Of a stretch of 52,668 nt of DNA, positions 28,449 to 38,882 are shown piece by piece. The stretch is from an uncultured Phycisphaeraceae bacterium (GTDB lineage: Bacteria; Planctomycetota; Phycisphaerae; UBA1845). Below the pieces are notes generated by a model. That model was given only the letters and a program-made list of their open reading frames with translations, was not told where the DNA came from and searched no databases. Where the stretch lies: positions 1-52,668 of the forward strand of contig CAYOQG010000004.1 in assembly GCA_964405925.1 (NCBI GenBank), written 5' to 3'. A program made the translations under genes and the position numbers. Numbering within the stretch: position 1 is the stretch's first letter; each line of letters starts with the position of its first letter.

Positions 28449-29681
28449 ATGAAGAAGACGATTGACGACATCGACGTTCGTGGCAAACGCGTCCTGGTCC
28501 GGCTCGATCTGAACGTGCCGCTGGACGACGAGCAGGAGATCACCGACGACCGGCGTATACGGGCAGCCCTGCCGACTATTCACCGTTTGATGGACGGCGG
28601 AGGGCGGTTGATCCTGATGAGTCATCTGGGGCGTCCCACGGGCGACAAGAGTGATCGCACGCTTCTTTCACTGGCCCCTGTGGCTGCGAGGATCAGCGAG
28701 CTGGTCGACGCGACGGTCACCTTCATGGGCGATTGCATCGGCCCGGAGGTCGACAAGGCGGTCGCTCAGTTGGACGATGGCGACATCTGCCTCCTCGAAA
28801 ACCTGCGATTCCACGAAGCTGAGACGATCAAGGACAAAAAAGCCAAGGAGGATGCGGGGCTGCGGGGGCAGAAGGACGGCTTCGCCCGAAAGCTCGCAGA
28901 CCTTGCGGATGTCTACGTGAACGACGCGTTTGGAACCTGCCATCGTGACAATGCCAGCATGTTGACAGTTCCGCAGCTTATGAAGGGAAAGCCTCGCGTC
29001 GTCGGCTACCTGGTCCAACGGGAGCTCAAGTTTCTCGGTGAGGCGGTCAGCAATCCTGCCCGACCGTTCGTCTGCGTGCTGGGTGGAGCCAAGGTCTCGG
29101 ATAAGCTGTGGGTAAGTCGGTCGCTGCTTGGCAAGTGCGATCTGATCCTGATCGGCGGGGCGATGGCGTACACGTTCCTCGAGGCTGAGGGGATCGAGGT
29201 CGGTAAGAGCCTCGTGGAACCGGACCTGCTTGACACGGCTCGAAGTCTTCGCGCCGAAGCCGGCGACCGGCTTCGCCTACCCGTTGATTCCGTGGTCGCT
29301 GCCCAGATCGAAGAAAACGCGGCGATTGAGATTTGCGAGGGAGCGATCCCGGCCGACAAGATGGGACTGGACATCGGCCCGAAGACCATCGCGGGGTACA
29401 AGGACGCCATCGGGACAGCCAAAACCGTCGTGTGGAACGGTCCGATGGGTGTCTTTGAGACCAGACCCTTCGACGCCGGTACAATGGCCATGGCTGCCGC
29501 CGTGGCGGAGGCCACTGACCGCGGTGCGACGACCGTGATCGGCGGCGGCGATAGCGCAGCCGCGATCGATCGAGCAGGCCTGGTGGATAAGATGACCCAT
29601 ATTTCGACCGGTGGCGGTGCTTCGTTGGAGTTCCTCGAAGGCAAGCCCTTCGCCGCCCTCGAGGTCCTAGACGACGCGTGA
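28449..29681 (+). CDS. pgk: Phosphoglycerate kinase
   Basis: RLDLNVP, SHLGRP, LLENLRF, NDAFGTCHR, GGAKVSDK, WNGPMGVFE, HISTGGGASLEFLEG. Confidence 0.97.
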   Translation: MKKTIDDIDVRGKRVLVRLDLNVPLDDEQEITDDRRIRAALPTIHRLMDGGGRLILMSHLGRPTGDKSDRTLLSLAPVAARISELVDATVTFMGDCIGPEVDKAVAQLDDGDICLLENLRFHEAETIKDKKAKEDAGLRGQKDGFARKLADLADVYVNDAFGTCHRDNASMLTVPQLMKGKPRVVGYLVQRELKFLGEAVSNPARPFVCVLGGAKVSDKLWVSRSLLGKCDLILIGGAMAYTFLEAEGIEVGKSLVEPDLLDTARSLRAEAGDRLRLPVDSVVAAQIEENAAIEICEGAIPADKMGLDIGPKTIAGYKDAIGTAKTVVWNGPMGVFETRPFDAGTMAMAAAVAEATDRGATTVIGGGDSAAAIDRAGLVDKMTHISTGGGASLEFLEGKPFAALEVLDDA

Positions 29682-30400
29682 TGGAGGGGGCAGTCGCTAT
29701 CGATCCGACAGGCATGGCATCGTCACGTTTTCCGTTATCGAGCCCCGGTATTCGAATTGCCCCGTCGTTGTTGGCGGCGGATTTTGCGCGGCTGGCGGAG
29801 CAGGTGGGGATTGTCGAGTCAGCCGGGGCGGAGGTGCTTCATCTTGACGTGATGGACGGTCATTTTGTGCCCAACATCAGCTTCGGTGTGCCGGTGATCG
29901 CGTCGCTTCGCAAGCGGACGAGGATGTTTCTCGACGCTCACTTGATGATCACCGAGCCAAAGCGATACGCCGAGGCCTTCGTCAAAGCCGGATGTGACCA
30001 CATCACCTTCCACAGCGAGACCGTTGATAACCCGCAGGACCTCATCGAGCACATCCGCAGATTCAATGTGTCGGTGGGGGTATCTTTGAACCCGACTACA
30101 CCGGTTGCCCGTATTGAGCCGATTCTCGACTCGGTCGACATGGTCCTCGTCATGAGCGTCTGGCCGGGCTTCGGGGGGCAGAGCTTCATCACCGATGTCT
30201 TGCCCAAGGTGACCGAGCTTCGCCGGCGTTTGGGCGAGCACCAGCGGCTGCAGATCGACGGCGGAATCGACGTGACCACGATTGCACAGGCTGCGTCGGC
30301 TGGGGCTGACACGTTCGTAGCCGGGACAGCCATCTTTCGGCAGCCCGACCCAGCGGCGGCGATGCGAGAACTGCATCGGCTGGCTCTCGAAGCGGTGTAA
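29678..30400 (+). CDS. rpe: Ribulose-phosphate 3-epimerase (start may be 29714)
   Basis: IAPSLLAADF, HLDVMDGHFVPNI, DAHLMI, MSVWPGFGGQ, IDGG. Confidence 0.96.
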   Translation: MMEGAVAIDPTGMASSRFPLSSPGIRIAPSLLAADFARLAEQVGIVESAGAEVLHLDVMDGHFVPNISFGVPVIASLRKRTRMFLDAHLMITEPKRYAEAFVKAGCDHITFHSETVDNPQDLIEHIRRFNVSVGVSLNPTTPVARIEPILDSVDMVLVMSVWPGFGGQSFITDVLPKVTELRRRLGEHQRLQIDGGIDVTTIAQAASAGADTFVAGTAIFRQPDPAAAMRELHRLALEAV

Positions 30401-30548
30401 GGTCCAACGGAGGCCTGACCACCTAGACCTTCCAGTTTTTTCCGTTGTGGGGGTTGGTCCTCGCGGACACTGTGCAGTGACCCGCGAATCCCGCTAAAAT
30501 ACCTCTGATCGACCAGACCGGGCCAAGCCCCGCGAGCAGGAGCAGTCC

Positions 30549-31355
30549 ATGCCAGCAGAAAAGAGTGGTGTGCCAGCAGGCCTGTGGACCCGCTGCGAGA
30601 GTTGCGGGCACATGCTGTATGAAAAGGAGGTGGCGGACGCGCTGTATGTCTGTCCCGAATGCGGCCACCACCGACGGGTCGATGCTCGGACTCGCATCGA
30701 GCAGCTCGTCGACCCGGGCAGCTTCGAGGAGTTCGCCAGCGACCTTCGCTCGACCGATCCGCTAAAGTTCAAGGATCGATTGCCCTACAAGGACCGCCTC
30801 AAGAAGGAACGAGCCAAAACGGGTGAGACGGAAGCCATCATCGTTGGCAAAGCGTTCATCCGTGGGCGGGCGGTCATCCTCGGGGTGATGAACCCGGCGT
30901 TCATCATGGCATCGATGGGGGCGGTTGTGGGGGAGAAGGTTACCCGGGCGGTCGAGAGAGCCCTCGAGGAGAACCTCCCCCTCGTGATCGTGACCGCATC
31001 AGGTGGTGCTCGGATGCAGGAGGGGATGGTCTCGCTGGTTCAGATGTCCAAGACGGCTGCCGCACTTTCGCGGCTTGACGATGCCGGAGGTCTGTACATC
31101 GTCGTGGCCACCGACCCAACGACGGCGGGCGTGGCAGCCAGCTTCGCCGGGCTGGGTGACGTCATTTTATCTGAGCCGAAAGCCATGATCGGCTTTGCCG
31201 GCCCCAGAGTGATCGCCAATACGATCAACGCCGAGTTGCCCGAAGGATTCCAGACGGCTGAGTTCATGAAGGAGCACGGGTTCGTCGACCGGATCGTCCG
31301 GCGATCCGAGCTGCGGCAGGAAATCGCCCGGATCATCGATTACTGCGGTAAGTAG
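30549..31355 (+). CDS. accD: Acetyl-CoA carboxylase carboxyltransferase beta subunit
   Basis: Zn finger WTRCESC..CPECGHH, SMGAVVGEK, SGGARMQEG, GFAGPRVI, LPEGFQTAEF. Confidence 0.96.
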   Translation: MPAEKSGVPAGLWTRCESCGHMLYEKEVADALYVCPECGHHRRVDARTRIEQLVDPGSFEEFASDLRSTDPLKFKDRLPYKDRLKKERAKTGETEAIIVGKAFIRGRAVILGVMNPAFIMASMGAVVGEKVTRAVERALEENLPLVIVTASGGARMQEGMVSLVQMSKTAAALSRLDDAGGLYIVVATDPTTAGVAASFAGLGDVILSEPKAMIGFAGPRVIANTINAELPEGFQTAEFMKEHGFVDRIVRRSELRQEIARIIDYCGK

Positions 31356-31725
31356 AATCGGCTTCGCGCTGTCTGAGATCAGCGGGCTGACGAGATCGCG
31401 TCACATCAAGTGAGCATTCTATGTTCGCACGATTCCGACGATGGGAAGGCCCCCGCATGATCCTTTGCGCGATGCGCGCAGAATCCCCAAAGTAATCTCC
31501 CTGTTTAGGCCGATGAAAAAATAGGAGGCAGTCGTTGTCGGTTGACCGCGGTCAGCCGGCAGCCGTCGCGGAGCGACCATCGGTTTTCCAAGCTCTTTTT
31601 TAGATAGGGTCTAAGCATCGCCGCATTCGGTGGCGACACGCGTGCAGAACACCGCGGACGGTCAGTCGCCGTGTCGCTCCCGATTCGACGGGTTTCCGCC
31701 AAACCGCATGGAGCAACAGCCAAGA

Positions 31726-32253
31726 ATGTTCAAGACGCTGGCCTCTCTGGCCGTTGCCATGACGGCCACCACCGCTCTTCTCGGATGGATCGACCCATCA
31801 CCACCGCTGCCCACCAACTCGTTGTCATCGGAGGAGCTCAGAGACCTCGGGCAATCCCTGGTAGCGGATGGAATCACTCTCTGTGACGGACGGTGGGACA
31901 AGATCGAGATTCTGGCGGGCAGTCCGGCCGATGTGACCGGTTCCTACCTCACGGCGACCAGCCAAAGCACGACGCATTTCCTTATCGATCTTGACGGACG
32001 CCCGACGAGGACGCCCAGTTGGACTCGCCAACAAGCCGCGGGAGGGGACGAGCGTTCCATCTGCATCGAAGTCGCTCGTCGAGACGACATGGGCGGAATG
32101 TCGCGGGTCCAATGGGAGGCTGTCCGCGGCCTGGTCTCTTCGCTTCATGCTCGATTGTCTGACCGACAGGTAGACCTGCCGGTTCTTCTTCAGGGTGCAT
32201 GGGCAACGGCCTATGGCCTCAAACCCGGCACGCACCTAGACGTCGGCCTGTAA
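31726..32253 (+). CDS. Exported protein with degenerate N-acetylmuramoyl-L-alanine amidase (PGRP-like) fold
   Basis: N-terminal hydrophobic segment; RWDKIEI, HFLIDLDG, W.RQ, SICIEV, QWEAVRGLV order matches Amidase_2; start 31708 or 31726. Confidence 0.55.
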   Translation: MFKTLASLAVAMTATTALLGWIDPSPPLPTNSLSSEELRDLGQSLVADGITLCDGRWDKIEILAGSPADVTGSYLTATSQSTTHFLIDLDGRPTRTPSWTRQQAAGGDERSICIEVARRDDMGGMSRVQWEAVRGLVSSLHARLSDRQVDLPVLLQGAWATAYGLKPGTHLDVGL

Positions 32254-32692
32254 GATTCGATTTGGTGCACTACTTGCAGACGCGATTATTAGAGGTCACC
32301 ACGGAGGGTCACGACCTGCGCAAGTGGCGCTCTGGGCGCAGAAGCTTCGCGAGTGGGGGTCGGAGCATGGGGCAGGAACAACCGTAGGCGGAACGCAGAC
32401 CAAGGGTTGCTCCTGCAGAGCGCTATCTTTGCGCCATGCGGTCCGATGTTCGGTCCAAGGCGGCCCACCTCAAACCGAGCAGGAGCACCTCTCTCCGATT
32501 GCGTTCGAAGGTTAGATGCAGACCATCGCTCGGATATACCGAGCATTCGAAAACACCATACGCTGAGAACGCACGAGCGTCAAGCATCCGCTGGCGCGTC
32601 TTACGATTTCCGACCGGATCAGGGCCCCTGACAGCTGCGGCCCTCGACACGTATCCCGGTCCGATTATCGCGCCAGCCTCCCCAGTTCACCG

Positions 32693-32721
32693 TTGTAGAT
32701 GCGTTTCTGACGGCGTACAAT
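32693..32721 (+). promoter_or_regulatory. sigma70-type promoter
   Basis: TTGTAG, 17-nt spacer, TACAAT, followed by GGAGG RBS. Confidence 0.5.
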
Positions 32722-32739
32722 AGGCGTAGGGAGGCTGTT

Positions 32740-32976
32740 ATGCGCCCGACACAAGTGCGCGACCACCTGAAAACCCGGCCGTTCCGCCCCATACGGGTCT
32801 ACGTCTCCGACGGGTCATCGTATGAGATCCGGCACCCTGAGATGGCGTATGTGACGGTGAGTCAGGTGCTGATCGCCCTCGAAATGTCTGAAGACAATCT
32901 GCCCGACCGGGTCGTTTTCTGCGATCCCGTGCATATCACGCGAATCGAACCGATCGACGGGGTCACAGGTCAATAG
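32740..32976 (+). CDS. Small hypothetical protein (PFxP..DG..Y.I.HPE family)
   Basis: RPFRPIRVYVSDGSSYEIRHPE...HITRIEP; promoter and RBS present. Confidence 0.82.
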   Translation: MRPTQVRDHLKTRPFRPIRVYVSDGSSYEIRHPEMAYVTVSQVLIALEMSEDNLPDRVVFCDPVHITRIEPIDGVTGQ

Positions 32977-33033
32977 GGGTTTTCTGGCTGGGAAGCCCTT
33001 GCGGGTCCTCCGCTACGAAGTCCTGGGTAAAGT

Positions 33034-34074
33034 TCACTCCTCAGTCTCGTCGTCAAAAAGAGCTTCTTCGGGGTCCTGGGGGGTGATGCTGTACTGGGCG
33101 ATGAGACGGCGGACGCGGGGTTGGTCGGGGTCGAGCTCGAGGGATCGGTGCCAGTGCTCCAGGGCCCGTTGGCGGAGGCTGATGTCGGTGGCATGGTGCA
33201 GGTAACGAAGCATGTTGATCGAGCCCAAGCCAGCGTGGGCACGGGGCAGACGCCATTCGCATGCCAGGGCTCGCTTGTAGCTCACCTCGGCGGCGTCGAA
33301 CTCACGCATTCGAAACAGGCAGTAACCCAAAGCCTCGTGGGCAGCGGCGAGTGCGGGGTCCAACCGGATGGCTTGTTCGAGTGAGTGCTTCGCCATCTTC
33401 AGGCGGTCTTGTTTCATGTAGGTATGTGCGAGGTTGATGAGGACGAGCGGCTGGTGGGAATCGCGTTCGAGGGCCTCCTTATAGGCCCGGATCGCGGCAT
33501 AGTGCTTATCCTGTGCCCCAAGAGCGACACCGAGGTTGACGTAGGCATGTGGCCTGGTCGGGTCGATCTCGATGGCTTTTTGAAATCGCTCGACAGCCTG
33601 ATCGTAGTCACCTGTCTCCTGGTAACACACGCCCAGGTTCACCTGAGCGTCGAAATCGTTGGGTTTGAGCTGGACGGCATGGAGGTAGGCTTGTATGGCC
33701 TCGGTAAGTCGCTTCATGAAGTGGTAAACTTGAGCCAGGTTGAAGGTGTCGTCGAAAGAGAAGGGGTCGCGGCGGATGGCTTCGATAAAGCAGTCGATGG
33801 CCCGTTCGTATTCGCCGAGGCGACGGTAGATGTAACCCATCCGCGAGTGGGCAGTGGGTAGCTGTGGGGCAAGCTCGGCTGCCCTCTCAAACTCGCGCAA
33901 GGCGGTCTCCAAATCCTCCTTGGCGAACAGCGTCTCTCCACGATAGATGTGCCACTTCGCCCGGACGGTCTGGATGGTGCCGCAACCGGCAGCCAAGACG
34001 ACAAGCCCGGCGAACATCGCAAGCGGTATAAGAAAGCGACCGATTCCGCCTGGCCGATGCCTACGGCGTGCCAT
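33034..34074 (-). CDS. TPR-repeat lipoprotein
   Basis: Lipobox LAAGC; about 8 34-aa TPRs (e.g. DAQVNLGVCYQETGDYDQAVERFQKAIEIDP). Confidence 0.88.
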   Translation of the reverse strand: MARRRHRPGGIGRFLIPLAMFAGLVVLAAGCGTIQTVRAKWHIYRGETLFAKEDLETALREFERAAELAPQLPTAHSRMGYIYRRLGEYERAIDCFIEAIRRDPFSFDDTFNLAQVYHFMKRLTEAIQAYLHAVQLKPNDFDAQVNLGVCYQETGDYDQAVERFQKAIEIDPTRPHAYVNLGVALGAQDKHYAAIRAYKEALERDSHQPLVLINLAHTYMKQDRLKMAKHSLEQAIRLDPALAAAHEALGYCLFRMREFDAAEVSYKRALACEWRLPRAHAGLGSINMLRYLHHATDISLRQRALEHWHRSLELDPDQPRVRRLIAQYSITPQDPEEALFDDETEE

Positions 34075-34486
34075 ACTGCAATCCGAACCGAAACCGTGAA
34101 CTTCCATATCGCTTAGCGTTCCCGTTCGCCGCGAGCCTGCGATCGAGTCTCTCCCGTCTGGGTCGTATCGACCGCGCGGTGACCTATGATACAGTTGCAT
34201 TGTCCGGATGGACCAGCGATGGGGGGAGATCGACACTACGCCAAGACAGCGGCAACGTGGCGGGGTGAATATCGCCTCCCGTTCGGCAGTGCCCGCCGTG
34301 GCGCGCAGGCGTGGTCCCATTCGAGGGTCCGAGCGGGCTCCGTCCTTTGGCCGGACAGGTTCCGCTGGCGGCTCAGGCGGGGTGTTTGAACTTGTCCATG
34401 TTGATTTTTCGCCGCTCTGGGCTAAGATTCCACATTCCGCAGTCGGTGCCGGGAACTATGGAGCTCGAGAGGGAAGCTTGTCTACG

Positions 34487-35314
34487 ATGTCGGAAGATCA
34501 CCTGCTGGCCATTCCAGTCTATAACGAAGAGCAATATGTCATCCGTGTCATCCAGGAGGCGAGGCGGTTTAGCCGGCATATTTTGGTGGTCGACGATGGT
34601 TCGACCGACCGGACGCCGGAATTGCTCCGCTGTGAGGGGTCGGTTCGGGTACTCACCCACTCCCGAAACCTCGGATATGGCAAGAGCTTGGCGGACGCAT
34701 TTGCCTATGCCCGGCAGGAAGGTTACCCGTGGTTGATTACCATGGACTGCGACGAGCAGCACGAACCGACGTTCATCCCCAAGTTCGTTGAGGCGATGGG
34801 GCGTGACGACGCGGATATCATTAGCGGGACGCGTTACCCGGATGGTTTTGACGTTGACGGATCAGCCCCGGCGGACCGACGGAGGATCAACCGTCATATC
34901 ACGGATGTGCTCAACCGGATGCTCGGTTTGAAGCTTACTGACGCATTTTGCGGCTTTAAGGCCTACCGGGTGTCCGCCCTCTCCTCGGTCAACGTCACCG
35001 TACCGGGTTACGCGATGCCGATGCAGTTTTGGGTGCAGGTTGCGCGCGCTGGCCTTTACGTGCGGGAGCTGCCTGTCCGCCTGATTTACAAGGATCCTAC
35101 GCGGCACTTCGGTGGCCCGTTGGACGACCCGGGCGCCCGACTTCGACATTACCTCGAGGTGTTAGAATGCGAGCTGGATGGGACCTCCCTTGAAACCGGC
35201 GATGTGGTGGCGGACGAGTGCCGGAGTTCCCGTGCCAGAGATCGCATCGGTCAGGTGAGAACGGGAGTCCGTGTGTTCAGCGCTTGTCGAGGTCGGCCGC
35301 GGAAACTAGGTTAG
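34487..35314 (+). CDS. Glycosyltransferase family 2 (DPM synthase-like)
   Basis: IPVYNEE, VVDDGSTD, NLGYG, TMDCDEQH, TDAFCGFKAYR. Confidence 0.92.
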   Translation: MSEDHLLAIPVYNEEQYVIRVIQEARRFSRHILVVDDGSTDRTPELLRCEGSVRVLTHSRNLGYGKSLADAFAYARQEGYPWLITMDCDEQHEPTFIPKFVEAMGRDDADIISGTRYPDGFDVDGSAPADRRRINRHITDVLNRMLGLKLTDAFCGFKAYRVSALSSVNVTVPGYAMPMQFWVQVARAGLYVRELPVRLIYKDPTRHFGGPLDDPGARLRHYLEVLECELDGTSLETGDVVADECRSSRARDRIGQVRTGVRVFSACRGRPRKLG

Positions 35315-35340
35315 CCGCATCGCCGTTGACGTTTCACCCC

Positions 35341-36891
35341 ATGCTCGACTTTTCGAGACTGACAACGCCGGCAAATCATGGGGATGTGCTGGTGGCTCCA
35401 GACCCCTCCGTTTGGTTCAAGGCTCTTCAGGCAAACCACGTCTCACTCCGTCACACCAGAATCCGGCTGCTCGACTCGACATTGGCAGCTTGGCGAAGGT
35501 GGACCCGGGACGCGATCGTCGGTTCCGATGATGCTTTCGTCGTCGTGCTGGGACATCAACCCGCGTTCATTCACCCAGGTGTATGGGCGAAGCATCTGGT
35601 GGCCATGCGATGCACGTCTGCCGTCGGAGGGGTGGCCGTCAATCTTGTCGTGGACAGCGATGCTCCCCGACAGACCGTCCTATCGATTCCGTCGGTGACA
35701 GATGGCGGCGTCTCGCTCACCGCAGTGCTGTTCGTCCAACTTCGACAGGGCTGCGCCTATGAGCAGATTCCCCGACAGGACGAGACCCAGGTGAAGCGAT
35801 TCGAGGGAGACGTGAGCGAGGCCTTGGGCGACCGGTTCGAGCGTTCGCAGATGCCGGTTTTCTTCGACGCATTTCACCGTCCACCCGAAGCGCTGGACTG
35901 GGTAGACCAGGCCGTGTTCGCACGACGTGCCGTGGAGGCAAGCCTGGGGGTGGCGGTGGAAGATCGACGCGTGAGCCGAGTCTGGTGCAGTCCGTTATTG
36001 ATCGACATGTTGGTCCACGCCGGGCGGTTCGCCAGAAGCTACAACAACGCCCTTGCGGTCTACCGACGTAACCATCGTGTGCGAAGTGCCCAGCGTCCGA
36101 TTCCAGATCTGGAGTACGACGGCGACCGCTGTGAGGTCGCGGCTTGGGTGTACAGGGGAGAAAGCCCGCGTCGCCGGTTATTCGTCTCCCCCGCCGGCGA
36201 GTCACTTCGATTGTTTGCTGATCGGGATCCAATCGGGGAAGTGCCGACGGCGCGCCTTCAGTCCGGCGAGGATCTACCGTCGGTTCTTGACGAACTGAGC
36301 GAGTGGCGAATACGGCCGCGAGCCCTGACCTTGACCATCTGGGCGAGGCTTCTGCTGGCGGATCTGTTCGTTCATGGGATCGGTGGAGCGAAGTACGATC
36401 GGATCAGCGATGCGATCATGGCCGATTACTACGGGGTTCAACCGCCGCATATGGCTTGCGTATCCGCCACGCTACACATGGATTTGCCAAGTCATGGAAC
36501 GACGCCCGAAACCGCACTAAGTTTGCGTCACGCTTTTCGCGACCTCAAATACAATCCCCAGAGGCACGCGCCACACGACTTGGCCGTCGTTTCTTTGATC
36601 GAGGAGCGGATCGCAGCCGTGCGGAAAATGCTGGAATTGCGGTCGGGAGGTCGACAAAACCGACAGGCCCGCAGGGCTGCGTTTGCAGAGATTCGCCGGA
36701 TCAACGAAGCGATCCTGGCCAGGAAGGGCGATATGCTCGCATTCATTCAGACGGAGCTGATTGAGGCGTGCAGGTACTTGGAGGAAGACCGTGTTGCACA
36801 GGGCCGAGAGTACTTCTTTGGGCTCTATGATCGTGGGCGACTCGAGCAACTCATGGACGCTGCTCCCCCGGAGCGAGCGTTTCGTGTATAG
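35341..36891 (+). CDS. Hypothetical protein, distant BshC-like ligase candidate
   Basis: VVLGHQP..HPGVWAK, NLVVDSD, RPRAL, FVHGIGGAKYD, C-terminal coiled coil ending GREYFF. Confidence 0.7.
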   Translation: MLDFSRLTTPANHGDVLVAPDPSVWFKALQANHVSLRHTRIRLLDSTLAAWRRWTRDAIVGSDDAFVVVLGHQPAFIHPGVWAKHLVAMRCTSAVGGVAVNLVVDSDAPRQTVLSIPSVTDGGVSLTAVLFVQLRQGCAYEQIPRQDETQVKRFEGDVSEALGDRFERSQMPVFFDAFHRPPEALDWVDQAVFARRAVEASLGVAVEDRRVSRVWCSPLLIDMLVHAGRFARSYNNALAVYRRNHRVRSAQRPIPDLEYDGDRCEVAAWVYRGESPRRRLFVSPAGESLRLFADRDPIGEVPTARLQSGEDLPSVLDELSEWRIRPRALTLTIWARLLLADLFVHGIGGAKYDRISDAIMADYYGVQPPHMACVSATLHMDLPSHGTTPETALSLRHAFRDLKYNPQRHAPHDLAVVSLIEERIAAVRKMLELRSGGRQNRQARRAAFAEIRRINEAILARKGDMLAFIQTELIEACRYLEEDRVAQGREYFFGLYDRGRLEQLMDAAPPERAFRV

Positions 36892-37007
36892 TCTCGGGTC
36901 TGAACCACCGGAAGGCCAGTGATCAGCTACAAACTGATCGAGCCGTGCCATAAGTATTACACAGTGACACTGAACAACCTCGTAATCAGACTGTATCGGA
37001 GACAACC

Positions 37008-37439
37008 ATGACCGACGAAGCGGGGAGTGGCCGTATCCACATCGATTCGGATTGGAAAGAGGAGGCTGCTCGAGAGAAAGAGCAACTGGCTCTGCAAGAG
37101 GAACAAGAACGGGTCAAGGCTGCCGCAGAAGGCAGGCCCACGGGTCCAGCGGGTGCGGTGGCGCCGACGTTCCTCGAATTGGTCAACCTCTTGGCCATGC
37201 AAGCGGCGGTCGGGCTGGGTGGCCTAAAGGGGCCGGGCGGCGAGACGATTCCACCCAACCCCATCGCTGCGAAGCATTACATCGACCTCATGGAAACGCT
37301 CAGGGAGAAAACCGAGGGTAACCTGAACGACGATGAGAGGCGGACGCTCGATGCGATACTGCACGAGCTGCGTATGCACTACGTGCAGGCTGTCTCTGCT
37401 CCGCCATCACCGTCGGGAGAAAAGAACGACAAGGGCTAA
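37008..37439 (+). CDS. DUF1844-family protein
   Basis: IHIDSDWKEEA, AKHYIDLMETLREKTEGNL..DE...L...LHELRMHYV. Confidence 0.88.
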   Translation: MTDEAGSGRIHIDSDWKEEAAREKEQLALQEEQERVKAAAEGRPTGPAGAVAPTFLELVNLLAMQAAVGLGGLKGPGGETIPPNPIAAKHYIDLMETLREKTEGNLNDDERRTLDAILHELRMHYVQAVSAPPSPSGEKNDKG

Positions 37440-37600
37440 CTACGTTTTGGTGTGTTGATGGCGGAGCTGGATTGGATCACAGTTGAGGATTGCCGCTTGC
37501 CCCCGGGCAATCCAACTCGCGTCGCTCCGCGCGGGCCTCAGGCCTGCGGCCCGGGGTCGCGCATATCGGCAGAATCCTATTAGGACTCGTATAAGAAAAG

Positions 37601-38821
37601 ATGTTCGTCCTCATTCCGATCCGGACTGAATCTGTCATTCGACGCACACCCACAGTCAACTACCTTCTGATCGGTGCGAACGTCGTTGTCTTCTTGCTAT
37701 TCAATGATGCCTTATCGCCCAATGCGCTTGTTGAGCTGAAATCTCGCTACTTGGCCCTTCATTCGGACCAACCCGCCCTACACCAGTTCTTTACATACCA
37801 GTTTCTACACGCCGATTTGTGGCATCTGCTTGGCAATTTGCTTTTCTTGTGGGTGTTTGGGAACAGCGTTAACTCGAAGATGGGCAACGGTCCCTATCTC
37901 TTGTTCTATCTCGCTGGCGGGGTGTTTGCCGCGTGGGGATACAGCCTGGTCACGCCCGGCCCATCCCAACTTGTTGGTGCATCCGGTTCGATCGCCGCGG
38001 TGACAACGGCTTATCTGGCCCTGTTCCCACGAAGTCACGTGACCGTGCTGGCTTGGATCTTCATCTTCATTCAGGTGTTCGAGGTGCCGGCCATGCTCTT
38101 GATCTGCCTGAAGATCATCGTCTGGGACAACATCATCGCCCCGGGGATCGGTGGACAGGGTGCAGTCGCTTACAGCGCCCACCTAGGCGGTTATCTCTAC
38201 GGGTTTGTGAGCGCCTTAGGGATGCTGTTCATTCGTGCCCTACCCAGAGACCAGTTTGACATACTTGCCCTTTGGAAGCGCTGGCATCAACGGCGGGAGT
38301 TTGCGACCGCGATGGCGGATCCATCCGCGGCTGCCCGAGCCCAATATGGAGCGGTGGCCCGTGCCCAAACCGATGACCCAAACCTGCGGGGAATCGAGCA
38401 ACGTCGGCTCGATGAGATCGCGGACCTGCGCAGCCATATCAGCGATCGCATAGAGCAAAAGGACAGCATCGGAGCCATCGAACTCTACGAGCGCTTAATA
38501 GAGCTTGAGCCGAAACAGTGCCTCTCTGAACGTCATCAGCTCGAGCTAGCCCGTGCGTTCTATCGCTCGGGACGTTTTTCGCAAGCTGCGGCTGCGTTTG
38601 ACCGCTATCTCGGGTGCTATGCAAACACCGCGGAGGCAGTGAATGTTCGCTTGCTGCTCGGCATTATTTACGCGCGAGACCTGCGGCAGTACGAAACAGC
38701 CGACAAGCACTTGACACATTGTTTCGAGGCGCTGTCGGATGACACGCGGCGCAGGCAGTGCTATCATTGGCTTCAAACCGTCCGGGCCGTGCTCGGACGA
38801 CCGGTGCCAGAGGGTCTCTAG
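37601..38821 (+). CDS. Rhomboid intramembrane serine protease with C-terminal TPR domain
   Basis: YQFLHAD.WHLLGN, catalytic GASG, AHLGG; TPR-like helices at the C-terminus. Confidence 0.92.
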   Translation: MFVLIPIRTESVIRRTPTVNYLLIGANVVVFLLFNDALSPNALVELKSRYLALHSDQPALHQFFTYQFLHADLWHLLGNLLFLWVFGNSVNSKMGNGPYLLFYLAGGVFAAWGYSLVTPGPSQLVGASGSIAAVTTAYLALFPRSHVTVLAWIFIFIQVFEVPAMLLICLKIIVWDNIIAPGIGGQGAVAYSAHLGGYLYGFVSALGMLFIRALPRDQFDILALWKRWHQRREFATAMADPSAAARAQYGAVARAQTDDPNLRGIEQRRLDEIADLRSHISDRIEQKDSIGAIELYERLIELEPKQCLSERHQLELARAFYRSGRFSQAAAAFDRYLGCYANTAEAVNVRLLLGIIYARDLRQYETADKHLTHCFEALSDDTRRRQCYHWLQTVRAVLGRPVPEGL

Positions 38822-38882
38822 GTCTCCATCACGGCGCGGTGTCGCCAGCACGATGACGACCTTATTGGAGATGACAACGGCA

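Noticed and set aside
31670-31700. tmRNA-like GATTCGACGGG
   Set aside because: Lacks the 5' GGGG acceptor strand and any downstream tRNA-like 3' domain
37601-38821. Rhomboid as the sorting enzyme for the CTERM proteins
   Set aside because: PEP-/IPTL-CTERM signals are linked to exosortases, and no GlyGly-CTERM substrate is visible
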